Of a stretch of 16,615 nt of DNA, positions 16,595 to 16,615 are shown piece by piece. Within the stretch, counting starts at the first letter, position 1, and every line of letters begins with the position of its first letter. The DNA lies in the NCBI GenBank assembly GCA_040752415.1, contig JBFMGU010000236.1, positions 1 through 16,615 of the forward strand. Direction: 5' to 3'. Source of the DNA: Myxococcota bacterium. GTDB taxonomy: Bacteria; Myxococcota; JACRCW01. The translations under genes were made by a program, and so were the position numbers. The notes beneath the pieces are model-generated. The model did not search any database and was not told where the DNA came from. It saw only the letters and a list, made by a program, of their open reading frames with translations.

Positions 16595-16615
16595 GGGTTC
16601 CACCGTCGGGATGGG

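Overview
High-GC bacterial window. The Cys-rich, Ser-linker lipoproteins and sigma54-type promoter suggest a myxobacterium or relative; this is inference only. Left to right it holds: the 3' end of a membrane-anchored protein with its terminator; about 800 bp without a credible ORF, carrying a leftward sigma54 (-24/-12) promoter, paired upstream activator-like palindromes, hairpins and a repeated AGAC motif (candidate long ncRNA); a Zn-ribbon/Yip1-like membrane protein; a CPBP intramembrane protease plus a coupled membrane protein; and a GT1 glycosyltransferase. The centre is a mirror-symmetric cassette of two convergent two-gene modules. Each module pairs a lipoprotein (Cys motif, Ser/Gly linker, small C-terminal beta domain) with a secreted phage-tail-fibre-like protein; the two fibres share an N-terminal domain but have different stalks and heads. 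To the right are a GT4 glycosyltransferase, a ccdAB toxin-antitoxin pair, and an operon of a Cys-rich lipoprotein plus a heterodimeric ABC exporter whose first half is frameshifted. The best candidates for novelty are the lipoprotein-anchor/fibre modules and the sigma54-driven non-coding region.
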